Source of the DNA: a virus
Taxonomy: Duplodnaviria > Caudoviricetes
DNA length: 64,000 nt
IMG/VR virus record: IMGVR_UViG_3300020431_000005
Coordinates: 1 to 64,000 of that record
Reading direction: 5' to 3' (one strand)
Shown here: positions 18,880 to 30,200 of the stretch, piece by piece
How positions within the stretch are numbered: position 1 is the first letter of the stretch
Layout of the letters: every line of letters begins with the position of its first letter
Position numbers and translations under genes: made by a program
Notes under the pieces: generated by a model
Told to the model about the DNA's origin: nothing
Seen by the model: the letters and a program-made list of their open reading frames with translations, nothing else
Databases searched by the model: none

Positions 18880-21800
18880 ATGCCACAGAAGACAAACCTT
18901 AATGTAACTCCTTATTACGAGGACTTCGACGCAAGTAAGAATTTTTATAAGATTCTATTCCGTCCTGGATACTCTATCCAGACTAGAGAACTAACTCAAT
19001 TACAATCTATTCTTCAGAATCAGGTTGAAAGTTTTGGTAAATATGCTTTCAAACAAGGAGACTTAGTTGTTCCTGGTGAAATAGGTTTTAATACAAAACT
19101 AGACTACGTTAAACTCTCTTCTGTATCAGAAGTTGCAGTAAACGAAGGCAATAGTATTGTCTACAAAAAATATGATATTAACCAATTGGTTGGATACCAA
19201 TTAAAGGGTATTAGTTCTGGTGTTATTGCAACTATTTTAGAAGTAAAGTTAGCAACAGAGACATCTGCAGATACATTATATGTCAACTATTTAAATAGTG
19301 GCGATTCAAACACAGATACTACTTTCAGACAAGGAGAAACATTAGAAGTAGTAGATGGTATTAACAGTCCATTATTAGTTGTAGGAACAGATGGTAGTGT
19401 TCTACCCACCAGCGTATTAGTCAGAAATCCTGATACAGAAGAAGTTTTTTCTGTTAATAGTCCTGCTATGGGATATGCTTCTGCTGTAAAAGTAGAAGAA
19501 GGCATCTATTTTGTTAATGGATATTTTGTACGCAATGAAAAACAACTCTTAGTTATTAATGATTATTATGATGTTCCTTCGGCAAAAGTAGGATTTAAAA
19601 TTTCCGAAGATATTATTACACCCGAGCAAGATGATAGTCTATATGATAATTCGATTGGGTCTTCAAATTATACTTCTCCTGGAGCACATAGATTAAAAAT
19701 TTCATTAAATCTGGTAAAATATGATCTTGGTGATGCCACAGATAGAAATTTTATTCAGTTAATTACTGTATATAAAGGAGAGGTACAGAAAAAAGTAAGT
19801 CCTACTAATTACAATTTACTAGAGCAAACTCTTGCTAGAAGAACTTTTGATGAAAGTGGTGATTATGTTGTAGAAAATTTTTCTGTTGATATCAGAGAGT
19901 ATGCACAAAAGAACAACAACGGTGGTTTATATGCCATCGATGGTTCTGCAACATTTAATGGTCTTAGTGAATCTGATGCTACCAGAAAGATGATCGCAAG
20001 TATCGGTCCTGGTAAAGCATATATTAGAGGATATGAAATTGTCAATAAGGAAACAAAATACTTAGAAGTAAACAAGGCAAGAGAAAGTCTTTCTAGTGAT
20101 AATATTCTTTTAAAGTCTAAAGGTCTGCCAACATTCCCAATTACAAACGTATATGGAAGTATTCCATTAAACAAAGAAGGTGGAGATCTTACCGCATATC
20201 CATATATTAATTTGTTGAGTACATTTAATGATGGTTCAATAGGTCTTAATAATACAGAACTTGCAAGTGATCATAGACAGACTATTGATAGAAGAGGAAA
20301 ATCATTTAGCACCGATCAAGTAATCAAAACAATTACTATCGAGGTAACTAGTGCAACAAATCCACTTGGATCTATTACAGATGGAACATTTGAAAGCACC
20401 ATTGGAACTCTGCACTTTATTAAATCCAGAAATGATGGAGGCAGTCCAACATCTGTAGGAACTGTACAGTCGATTGCATATGCGTCTATCAACAAACCGT
20501 TGATCAATCCATCAGATACTTTCCAATTCTTAGAACTCACTATTGTCGGAAATAAAGATGATCTAGATCTACTAATGCTAGATTATGATTTAGGAGATAG
20601 TAATTTAAGAAGAAAATTATTTTTAACGGACAATGATGCTTCTGTTGATGCTAACCAACTAGGACATATTGTAGATTATAAAGATTCTATTACTCCTATT
20701 GTAGGTAGAGCAAAACCAAATAACTTCTTCTTAAAAAATAGAGGATCTGGATTTAATTCAGATTCCGACATTGTATTGTCAAAAGGTCGTTTGGAAGAAG
20801 GAACTCAATCATATAATGCAATTTTTGGACTTTCATATTTTGATCCTCAATTCTTCACTAAAATTAAATTAGATTCTACTCCTTCTGAAGGATTTGAAGT
20901 TGGAAAATATATATTTGGTTTATCAAGTGGAGCATATGGAGTTGTTGAAGGAACTCCAAGTGGAAAATACTCTTTCGGAAAAACACTATTCGTAAAAACT
21001 TTATTTGGCAGATTTAAATCTGGAGAGACAGTTAGAGACGAAGCAAGTAATACTAATAGAATTGCTAAAGATAATACTATCTCCCACTTTATTGTTGTTA
21101 ATAGAGGATTAGGGTATGCAGATGATTTAAAACTTCTTGTTAATGGAGTTGAATATGATTCATCTGTTGTAGAAGTTTCACGTCGTAATAATGGAGAAAT
21201 ATATAGAGTCGCTATTAATAATAGATTAGCACTATATTCAGAATACACCCAACCACCTGCAATTAGTATTGTACAACCAGATGGTGCCACTGAACCAACT
21301 TCCGGTGCTGCAATTATTCCAGTATTAATTAGAAATGCAGTAACAACTTATACAACTCAGAATGTTAAATCAGTTTCATCTGAATATGGTTCTGGAAATG
21401 CAAATATATTCACTGCAGATGTTGTAGTTGATGATCAGAGACTAGCAGAAATTAAATCAGTTACTGATTTTACATTCTTTGGTTCTCAAGGATACGATTT
21501 TATTGAGTCAACTAGTTATAATGCCGATGCTAGTACATTAGTACAGCAAGGAGATATTGTTCAATTTGCGGATGTAAATAACCAGTTAATTCGAGCAACT
21601 GTTCAGTATGCCACAGAGCAGCAAGGCGTTTCTAAGTCTAGAGTATATCTAGATATTGCACTTCCTGGAGATGTAGTCAATACTAGTATTGTAAGATTAC
21701 GTCCGAAAGTACAAAATGCCAACCAAGGAACACTAGTATTCCCAACAGGTAGCAATCAAGTTAAAAAAATTGCGGATAACTCAGAAGATACAAAGATTAA

Positions 21801-24800
21801 GTATTATCTGCGTAGAGATTTCATCACTACTGCATCTACTAGTGGTGGCACAATTACATTTGCAGCTCAGTTACCTTTTGGAACCCAAAGGTTTGTATCT
21901 TTCTCAGAGCAAAATTTTATAATTACAGTACTTGATAAAGGTGATGCTACAAATATTGAAAATGGTGATATCATATATGTCGATTCAGATTCTGTAGAAA
22001 TTACATCATCTACTGATATTGCTAGTGCATTAACTTCTGGTAGCGTCAGTCTAAATCTTGCATCAACTTACTTTGGGTCTATTGCTGTAAATGGAACATT
22101 CCCTAAGTTAAAACTAACTGCTACAATTGAAGTAGAGAATGCAAAACCGAGATTAAAAACATCAATTGAAAATAAAAGAATCATCGTCTCTTCTGCTGGA
22201 GATAGAATAATTCCATTCAGAGGAACTGATTATGATTCAAATATCGCAGAAATTCTTTCGTATTCTGATGCTTACAAATTAAAGTATGTGTATGAAGGTT
22301 CTGCTACGCAACCGCCTACGGTTGATAGTACTGGAAACTTGATTTCAGGTAATGATGTTACTGATAGATTCACGTTTGATAATGGACAAAGAGATACAAT
22401 CTATGATGTTTCTAGAATTGTTCTAAAACCAGGATATGAGCAGACTACAGGACAACTATTAATTGCTTTCGATTACTTCGAGCAATCACAAGGAGATTTC
22501 TGTACTATTGATAGTTATCTACACGAATCTGGAATTACTGAAGATGAAGTTCCTTCGTTTAATTCTTCTGTTCATGGAAATATAAGTCTAAGAAATGTTA
22601 TTGATTTCAGACCAAAAGTAGACAGTAATGCATTTATTGCTGGATTCCAGGACACATCATCATTATCATATTCAGTTGGTGCATTTGCAGCATCTGGTGC
22701 TGTAGTAGCATCTACACCGGCACCAGATACTAATCTAGAATATACTTTATCATTCAGTCAAGTACAATATCTTGATAGAATTGATGGTGTATTCTTAAAC
22801 AAGAAAGGGGAGTTTATTGTTAAGGAAGGAAATTCTTCACTGAACCCATCTAAACCAGATCCAATAGATGATGCTGTACCATTATTTTATGCACATATTC
22901 CTGCATTTACACAATCAAGCAAAGATGTAAGAATTACTCCTGTTGATAATCGACGCTACACAATGCGTGATATCGGTAAGTTGGAGAAACGTATTGAACG
23001 TCTTGAGTATTATACTACTCTTAGTATCTTAGAGCAACAAGCTCTTAATATGCAAGTCAAGGACGAAATTGGACTTGATAGGTTTAAGAGTGGATTTATT
23101 GTTGATAATTTTGAAGCACATAGATCAGGAAATCTATCTGCTCTTGACTACCAGTGTTCTATTAATTCTCAGCAGTCAGTTCTTCGCCCACAATCCAAGG
23201 AAGATTCATTTATTTTAGAAGAAGTAAACACAAGAGATGATCAGCGTATTGTTTCTGGATATAAAAAATCTGGAGATATTATTAGTTTACCATATACAAA
23301 TCTTTCTCTATTGGGAAATAGTTTTGCTAGTAAGACATTAAACCCAAATCCTTTTGTTGTTCTTCAGTATGTTGGAGATTCTACAATTTCCCCAAGTATC
23401 GATCAATGGTATGATGATTCACAAGAACCATTAGTAGTAGACACCAACACAGACATCTATAAAATTTTCTTAGCAAAAGAAAATGTAAAAGAAAGTCTTT
23501 CCAGTTTACATAACTCGTTTGTAATTAATTGGGTTGGATCTTCGTCTTCTTTTACAAATATCAATTCCTTGGGGGAATTGAATACTCAAGATGCAAATTC
23601 TTCTGTAAGTTCTGCATCTGTAGGTAGTACATCCAATATCAGTCCACAAAACAATGATGTTGGTAAAGGTATCCAAAGTAAAATTACTAGAGGTAATAGC
23701 GTTTCTACTGCTCTTCAATTTTTCGCAAGAAGTGTTCCTATTAAATTTGTTGTGAAAAGAATGAAACCCAACACACAGATTACTGTGTTCTTGGAAGGTA
23801 GAAATATTAACCGTTGGACAAACCCCGACCTTCGTTTTACTGGTATTGCTGGTAATTCATCATCTGCATTTAACGGTACTATCACCACAGATGATGGCGG
23901 AAATGCTAGTGGTATTATTCTTTTACCTGCTGGATTACCACCAAGAGAAAATGCTACTTGGGGAGGTGATGTCGATACCGTAGATTATGATACTTCTGCA
24001 GAAGAGATAAAAATCTCTACAGGAATTAAAACATTCAGGTTTACATCTAGTTCTACTGACGCTGATAAGTCTACAGTAGATACTTATGCTGAAGTAAAGT
24101 ATTATGCTACTGGTATTTTACCAGAAAATCCTGTTAGCATTATTTCTACCAAACCAGCATTCTTTAAGGCAAATGAAGGTGTTCAGTTTGTAGATAGTAA
24201 TACTGATAATCCAGTAAGACCAAATCCACTTGCTCAAACATTCAAGATTGAGAATTATGAGGGTGGACTATTTACGACTGGACTAGATTTATACTTTAGC
24301 AAGAAGAGTTCTACGATTCCAGTAAAAGTATATTTGACAAATGTAGATTCCGATAAACCTGGAAAGAATATTATTCCTGGAACTGAAAAAGTTATTTCTC
24401 CATATACATTCCTTAAATTTCTTACTAATGGAAATGTTTATGTTACTAAGGGAGAAATGGCAACAGGTTCATCATCTGCTGCTAGTGGTCCCATTGAAAA
24501 AATCATTGATAAGAATGGAGTTGAGTTAATTCCTTCTTCATCTGGTAAGTATTTGCTTACTAACGAACAAGTATATACTATGGTTCTTAGCAATCACAAT
24601 GGTCGTTCATTCTTACAAAACGAAACTTTAATTTTGCCATCTGTTGTATTAGCAAATGCTACTGAAGGAAACGTTTCTACTTTAACTATTGCTAAAGATA
24701 GTGGAAAACTTTCTAAAATTAAAGTTATCAATCCCGGTGATAATTACGAGAGTGCAATTCTTAGCATAGAAAGTCCACAACTTCCTGGTGGTTCTGTTGC

Positions 24801-26997
24801 TACTGCTCGTGTTGGTGTGTCTCTAGGAAAAGTATATAATACAGAAATTTCACTTCCAGGATTTGGATACACAGAAGCACCATCAGTAGTCGTCCGAGGC
24901 ATTGGTAATGGCGCTGGAGGGTGTGTAATTGAGACTTCTATTGAGATAGACTCACTTGCGGTTAGAATGGGTGTAGCGGTCGATCAGGAGGGTCTTACAA
25001 ACTCAACTGTCCCAACACATTTTGTGTTTGATTATCCCATATACTTACAAAATGATACAGAATATGCTCTAGCAGTAGAAACTGATTCTATTGATTATGA
25101 ACTTTGGGTTTCAAGACTTGGAGAAATTGACGTATCTACAAGCACAGTTATTACAACACAACCATCATTAGGTTCTGTTTATAGATCACAGAACGTTGAT
25201 GTATGGACAGAAGATATTTTTGAAGATCTTAAATTTACTCTTTATAGAGCAGAGTTCCAAATTGACAGACCTTGTGAAATTCTCCTTACGAACGAAAGCC
25301 TAGGATACAAACTAATTGATAAAAATCCTTTCTTGACAAATGCAAGTGCGAATACAAACGCTACTTCTAAATTATTTAAAAATAATAATTCTATTATTAA
25401 AGTAATTCATAAAGATAATGGATTTGAGGATACAGGAAATTCTTATGTTTTCTATAGGACTGCACAAGAAACCGGTGGAATTACTTCTGATGTGTTGAAC
25501 ACCTCTCTATTCAAGGTTACAAATAGTGGAGTAGATTTTTACAATATTACATCTTCACTTCAAGCATCTGGAAACTCTATTGGTGGAGGATCTAATGTAT
25601 ATTCAACCTACAACAGAAAGTATGAAACTCTATATCCACAAGTTCAGTATTTGACATTCAGTCAAACTAAAATTAATACTATGGTCAAAACAACAGATAT
25701 TGTTCCTGTTGATTCTGTCACAACCAATTATGTTTCATATGACCAAACAGAATACGAAAAAACATTCTTGAATGAGTCCCACTTCTTTACAAATCAAAAA
25801 GTTCTTGCTTCTGATATTAACGAGACTTTAAATGATCTCGATACATCTTTAACTTACAAATTGGATTTTTCTTCTGAAGTATCTCATCTATCTCCAATAA
25901 TTGATCTTGCAACATGTAGTGTTAAAACTGCATCAAATAGAATTGAAAAATCAACTGGATCTGAAGACCGCTATGGTAGAAGAGATCAAGTTATTGAGTT
26001 CTATCCAATTTACTCGTTTACTATTTCGGATATTTCGGGAGTAGATATTCTCAATGACCAATCTATTGTGGGATATAATTCTAAAGCAGCTGGAACTATT
26101 GCTAAGGTAGATGGCACTACTGTGTGGGTAAGAGTCAAAACATCACAGTTCTTCCAAAAAGGAGAGCGTATTACTTTAGGTAATCAACTAACTTTAACAG
26201 AAACCGTTAATGGAGAGGTTGTTCCTTTAGGAAAAATTGGCACAAATCCATCACAAGTCATTATCAGTATAAATGATTCTTCTACAATTATTGCTAGAAA
26301 TCCATCTACTATTACAGAAACATATGATAATGTAATTACTGGTAAAACCACAATCTGGAATAATCAATCACAGCAACTCACATTAAGAGTTGACACTCAA
26401 CCAATCTTAAATGACTTTACTGGAAGAATAAGAGATAATAACGCTTTCAATAGAAATGCAATCTTACAAGATCAAGTAGATGATATTTTTAGAGTTGGAG
26501 ATTTTGTTAAGTACCCAGATCAACCCGATGACGAAGCTTACTTCTTAGAAATCGGGAAACTAGAATACACTAATGGTACTGATTTTGTACCAGAAGATAG
26601 TTCTAGAAATAGTGCCTCTATCGCAAAATACATAACAAAAGAAGTAGCAATCGCAACTCCAGCAACTGCTGTTGATGTACACCTTACAGTTAACGTAAAA
26701 GACTTTGCAAATATCAAAGTCTTATACAAATATAAGAAAGCATCTTCACAAGAGAACTTTGATGATCTTGACTGGGAATACTTCAATGAAGATGGATCTC
26801 CAAATTCTTTAGAAATTGCTACACCAGAAAATACTATCTCAAGTATTGTTGAAAAACAATCATCATATCAAGATATTAAATATAGCGTATCTGATCTCCC
26901 AGAATTTTCATCTTTCGCTATCAAAATTGTTATGAGCGGAGCAGATCCTGCGTATGTTCCAAAAATTCAAGATATCAGAGCTGTTGCTGCATTTTAA
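18880..26997 (+). CDS. VrlC-like large virion structural protein (2705 aa)
   Basis: MPQKTNLNVTPYYEDF...QTRELTQLQSILQNQ, LARRTFDESGDY, RYTMRDIGKLEKRI and PLAQTF motifs. Confidence 0.85.
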   Translation: MPQKTNLNVTPYYEDFDASKNFYKILFRPGYSIQTRELTQLQSILQNQVESFGKYAFKQGDLVVPGEIGFNTKLDYVKLSSVSEVAVNEGNSIVYKKYDINQLVGYQLKGISSGVIATILEVKLATETSADTLYVNYLNSGDSNTDTTFRQGETLEVVDGINSPLLVVGTDGSVLPTSVLVRNPDTEEVFSVNSPAMGYASAVKVEEGIYFVNGYFVRNEKQLLVINDYYDVPSAKVGFKISEDIITPEQDDSLYDNSIGSSNYTSPGAHRLKISLNLVKYDLGDATDRNFIQLITVYKGEVQKKVSPTNYNLLEQTLARRTFDESGDYVVENFSVDIREYAQKNNNGGLYAIDGSATFNGLSESDATRKMIASIGPGKAYIRGYEIVNKETKYLEVNKARESLSSDNILLKSKGLPTFPITNVYGSIPLNKEGGDLTAYPYINLLSTFNDGSIGLNNTELASDHRQTIDRRGKSFSTDQVIKTITIEVTSATNPLGSITDGTFESTIGTLHFIKSRNDGGSPTSVGTVQSIAYASINKPLINPSDTFQFLELTIVGNKDDLDLLMLDYDLGDSNLRRKLFLTDNDASVDANQLGHIVDYKDSITPIVGRAKPNNFFLKNRGSGFNSDSDIVLSKGRLEEGTQSYNAIFGLSYFDPQFFTKIKLDSTPSEGFEVGKYIFGLSSGAYGVVEGTPSGKYSFGKTLFVKTLFGRFKSGETVRDEASNTNRIAKDNTISHFIVVNRGLGYADDLKLLVNGVEYDSSVVEVSRRNNGEIYRVAINNRLALYSEYTQPPAISIVQPDGATEPTSGAAIIPVLIRNAVTTYTTQNVKSVSSEYGSGNANIFTADVVVDDQRLAEIKSVTDFTFFGSQGYDFIESTSYNADASTLVQQGDIVQFADVNNQLIRATVQYATEQQGVSKSRVYLDIALPGDVVNTSIVRLRPKVQNANQGTLVFPTGSNQVKKIADNSEDTKIKYYLRRDFITTASTSGGTITFAAQLPFGTQRFVSFSEQNFIITVLDKGDATNIENGDIIYVDSDSVEITSSTDIASALTSGSVSLNLASTYFGSIAVNGTFPKLKLTATIEVENAKPRLKTSIENKRIIVSSAGDRIIPFRGTDYDSNIAEILSYSDAYKLKYVYEGSATQPPTVDSTGNLISGNDVTDRFTFDNGQRDTIYDVSRIVLKPGYEQTTGQLLIAFDYFEQSQGDFCTIDSYLHESGITEDEVPSFNSSVHGNISLRNVIDFRPKVDSNAFIAGFQDTSSLSYSVGAFAASGAVVASTPAPDTNLEYTLSFSQVQYLDRIDGVFLNKKGEFIVKEGNSSLNPSKPDPIDDAVPLFYAHIPAFTQSSKDVRITPVDNRRYTMRDIGKLEKRIERLEYYTTLSILEQQALNMQVKDEIGLDRFKSGFIVDNFEAHRSGNLSALDYQCSINSQQSVLRPQSKEDSFILEEVNTRDDQRIVSGYKKSGDIISLPYTNLSLLGNSFASKTLNPNPFVVLQYVGDSTISPSIDQWYDDSQEPLVVDTNTDIYKIFLAKENVKESLSSLHNSFVINWVGSSSSFTNINSLGELNTQDANSSVSSASVGSTSNISPQNNDVGKGIQSKITRGNSVSTALQFFARSVPIKFVVKRMKPNTQITVFLEGRNINRWTNPDLRFTGIAGNSSSAFNGTITTDDGGNASGIILLPAGLPPRENATWGGDVDTVDYDTSAEEIKISTGIKTFRFTSSSTDADKSTVDTYAEVKYYATGILPENPVSIISTKPAFFKANEGVQFVDSNTDNPVRPNPLAQTFKIENYEGGLFTTGLDLYFSKKSSTIPVKVYLTNVDSDKPGKNIIPGTEKVISPYTFLKFLTNGNVYVTKGEMATGSSSAASGPIEKIIDKNGVELIPSSSGKYLLTNEQVYTMVLSNHNGRSFLQNETLILPSVVLANATEGNVSTLTIAKDSGKLSKIKVINPGDNYESAILSIESPQLPGGSVATARVGVSLGKVYNTEISLPGFGYTEAPSVVVRGIGNGAGGCVIETSIEIDSLAVRMGVAVDQEGLTNSTVPTHFVFDYPIYLQNDTEYALAVETDSIDYELWVSRLGEIDVSTSTVITTQPSLGSVYRSQNVDVWTEDIFEDLKFTLYRAEFQIDRPCEILLTNESLGYKLIDKNPFLTNASANTNATSKLFKNNNSIIKVIHKDNGFEDTGNSYVFYRTAQETGGITSDVLNTSLFKVTNSGVDFYNITSSLQASGNSIGGGSNVYSTYNRKYETLYPQVQYLTFSQTKINTMVKTTDIVPVDSVTTNYVSYDQTEYEKTFLNESHFFTNQKVLASDINETLNDLDTSLTYKLDFSSEVSHLSPIIDLATCSVKTASNRIEKSTGSEDRYGRRDQVIEFYPIYSFTISDISGVDILNDQSIVGYNSKAAGTIAKVDGTTVWVRVKTSQFFQKGERITLGNQLTLTETVNGEVVPLGKIGTNPSQVIISINDSSTIIARNPSTITETYDNVITGKTTIWNNQSQQLTLRVDTQPILNDFTGRIRDNNAFNRNAILQDQVDDIFRVGDFVKYPDQPDDEAYFLEIGKLEYTNGTDFVPEDSSRNSASIAKYITKEVAIATPATAVDVHLTVNVKDFANIKVLYKYKKASSQENFDDLDWEYFNEDGSPNSLEIATPENTISSIVEKQSSYQDIKYSVSDLPEFSSFAIKIVMSGADPAYVPKIQDIRAVAAF

Positions 26998-27006
26998 TTT
27001 CCGCGT

Positions 27007-27213
27007 ATGGATTATATCAAAGTAGAAGGACATGATGGTCTTGTTAGAGACAAGACCACAGGTGCCATCTTGAATAATGACGTTTCTGCTATTGAAGCAA
27101 GACGCAAAGTGAAGCACTTAAATTCCGCGTTGGATGACATAAATATGATGAAGGATGAAATCTCTGAAATCAAATCCCTACTTAGAGAGTTAGTAAAAAA
27201 TGCCAGCAATTAA
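27007..27213 (+). CDS. conserved hypothetical protein
   Basis: KVEGH..LVRD..TGAILN followed by a coiled coil; usual neighbour of the VrlC-like gene. Confidence 0.75.
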   Translation: MDYIKVEGHDGLVRDKTTGAILNNDVSAIEARRKVKHLNSALDDINMMKDEISEIKSLLRELVKNASN

Positions 27214-30200
27214 TGTCGCTAGAACTGACACCTTTGAACTTCAAAGGCAAAAAATTAATAGTATTTCAACACAAATTTTTAATATTACTGCTGGTGGTAG
27301 TGATCTTGCTACAGGTAATCTAAAAATTGGAGATGGTTCAAAACAATCTCCGTCATTAGCATTTGAAAACGATCCATATCTTGGCGTGTATAGAGCCAAT
27401 GTTGGGGTTATGGGTTTTGTTGCAGCAGATAAAAAGATTTTGAATCTTTCATCTGCTGATCTCACAGCATTTCAAGATATTAACTTACAAAAAAATACTG
27501 TTTCGGAAATTATTATATCTAATGCCGGACAAAATTATGATGCAGGAATTTACAACGATGTTTTTGTATCTGGCGGAACTGGTAACGGATTATCATTAGA
27601 TATCGATATTCTCTCCCATCAAGGTGTTATCAATAATGATGGTGAGGGATATGATCCGGGATCATATAACAATGTACTCATTATAAATGGAAATGGAACA
27701 GGTGCGTTTGTTAACTTTACAGTACCAGAATTAGAAGGTACTATCAGCAATGCTGGTAGTGCATATGCCCCAGGAAATTATAATCCAACATTTGTTAGTT
27801 CTACTGGTAGTGGATCTGGAGCTTCTGCAAATGTTACCATCACTGGAGAAGTAGATTATTCTGGAGCAATTTCAGATCCTGGTACTGGATATACCGAAGG
27901 AGAAAACTTAGCAGTTTCACTTTTCAATAATCCAGTTACAACATACACATTAACAGCGATAACTAATCCAGGAACTCCACCTCCTGCCGAAGTTTTTGCA
28001 ATTAATGGAGTAGCTCAGCAAACTTTAACATTAACTAAAGGAAATACTTACAGATTTGATATTTCTGATAGTTCATTATCGACTCATCCACTTATTTTTG
28101 AAAATACAGATGATTCTTCTGTAGATGGTGTTGTATTTGTTACAGCACAGAATGGTGCTGCTGGAATTAGTGGATCTTTTATTGACTTGATTATCAAACC
28201 AGATGCACCCAATGGTGATATCGCATATGATTGTGCCACTCATAATGGAATGGGAGCAGTCATCACTGTTGTATCAGGATCTGCTGGAAGTTATGGTAGT
28301 GGTATGCAAGCAGACATTACAGTAAATGCTACTGGTGTTGTTAGTGCTGTCAGTATTGGCACCAGTGGAAGTGGTTATATTGTTAATAATATTTTAACAG
28401 CTCCTGGTCTGGGACTATCAGGCGGTAGTGGATTTGAATATACGTTAGGTTCTTCGTTTACATATACAGGAACTGTAGCATCTGTCACTATTGATTCTCA
28501 AGGATCTGGATATGAAACAGGAGATCTCCTAACTTTCAGTGATGCAGATCTTGGAGGAGGAGGAGGTTCTGGATTTTCCTATGAAGTTACATCAAATCCA
28601 GGAAGCATTACTGACTTGTTTTGGCAAGAACGAGGATCTGGATATCAAGTAGGTGATCTATTAGAATTAGCAGGACCCGTAAATGGAGTATCTGCTGTAT
28701 TAAGTGGAAATATTTCTGATGTATCTGGTTCATGTTTAGCTGCTAGCACAACATTAACAGTTGATGATAGTAGCGGTATTGTTGCAGGCATGTCTATTAT
28801 TGGAGTGGCAGAAATTCCACCTGATGCAACTGTCGTTAGTATTCCAAATGGTACGTCTGTTGTAATTTCAGCAAACCCAACTGGAGACAATGCAACTGCT
28901 ACCTTTACATTCAGTGGTCCGGGGTTAGGAAATCAAATTGTTTTGTCTTCTGCTACCGGCATATTTGAAGGAATGCTAATTACTGTTGCTAGTGGATCTG
29001 GAACATTGCTTCCAAATACATCGGTGAATTCTATTACAGAATTGGGTGGTAATTTTACTATTGAGTTATCTCAAGATGCAGAAAGTCCGGGAGCAGTAAA
29101 TCTTAATTTTACTCCTCCATATGGAACTACTCAGACACAAGATTTTGAATATGAAGTTGAAGGTGTTGGAGTTATCGATACTATCGCGGTCAATAGTGAA
29201 GGCAATGGGTATGAAATAACAGATCAAATTACTGTTGATGCAACACTCCTTTCGCAACCTACAACTTATGTGGTGACAAACGAGGCACTGTCTCGTATGG
29301 AGTTCGTGAATCCTCCTGCATCTGGAACTTTTGTAGTTGGAGAAAACATTACATCTGATGGAACTATTTTATATGAAGTAAAATTTGTAAAAGAATCTGG
29401 TGGTCTTACATCATATATTTTAACAGAATCTAACACAGTTGCTGCTGGGGAGGATATCGAGACTGAAACTGGAGGAGTTGCTTATACGACTCAAAATAAT
29501 TCAACCACATTTAAATATTTTATTGATGGATTAATTGAACCAAATATTACACTATACGTAAATAGTCAATATACTTTTGATCTTTCAGATTCTTCAAATG
29601 ATGGACATGAATTTGCTTTAAGTGAATTTAAAGATGGACCATATGCACCAAGTCTTGTAGAAAATGTAATAACAAATCTTACTTCTGGAAGTGCCGCGAT
29701 TACTGTTTCCCCATCAGAAGCAGCATTAATTTTGCCAAATATGGCAGTCACTCAAAATTCTGGAAGTGGAATACCAAATAATACTACTGTTGTTTCTGTA
29801 GATACAGGAACAAATGTTGTTACTCTAAGTAATGCATCTTTAATTGATGCAACATCAGCAGATTTAACTTTTGCAGGTGTAGAATATATTAATGGTGTAT
29901 CCAGAACATCAGACGCTTTGACTATTGTTGTTAGAGATTCTACTCCTACTTTATACTATTATTGTGCAACAGGGGCAGGACACGAAAATGAAGGTGGATA
30001 TGATAATGAAGAAGTTGCTCTTACTATAGATGCAAATAATCCAAAAGTTTTTGGATCCAATGCTCTGTTTGTTGTTTCTGATGTCAATAGTCAAAATTCC
30101 ATTGCAATGAATATTGTTGATGGATCAATTACATTATCTGATGTTGTCTCAACTAATGCTACAATTACAACCTTATCTGCTACCGATATCACAGCAGAAT

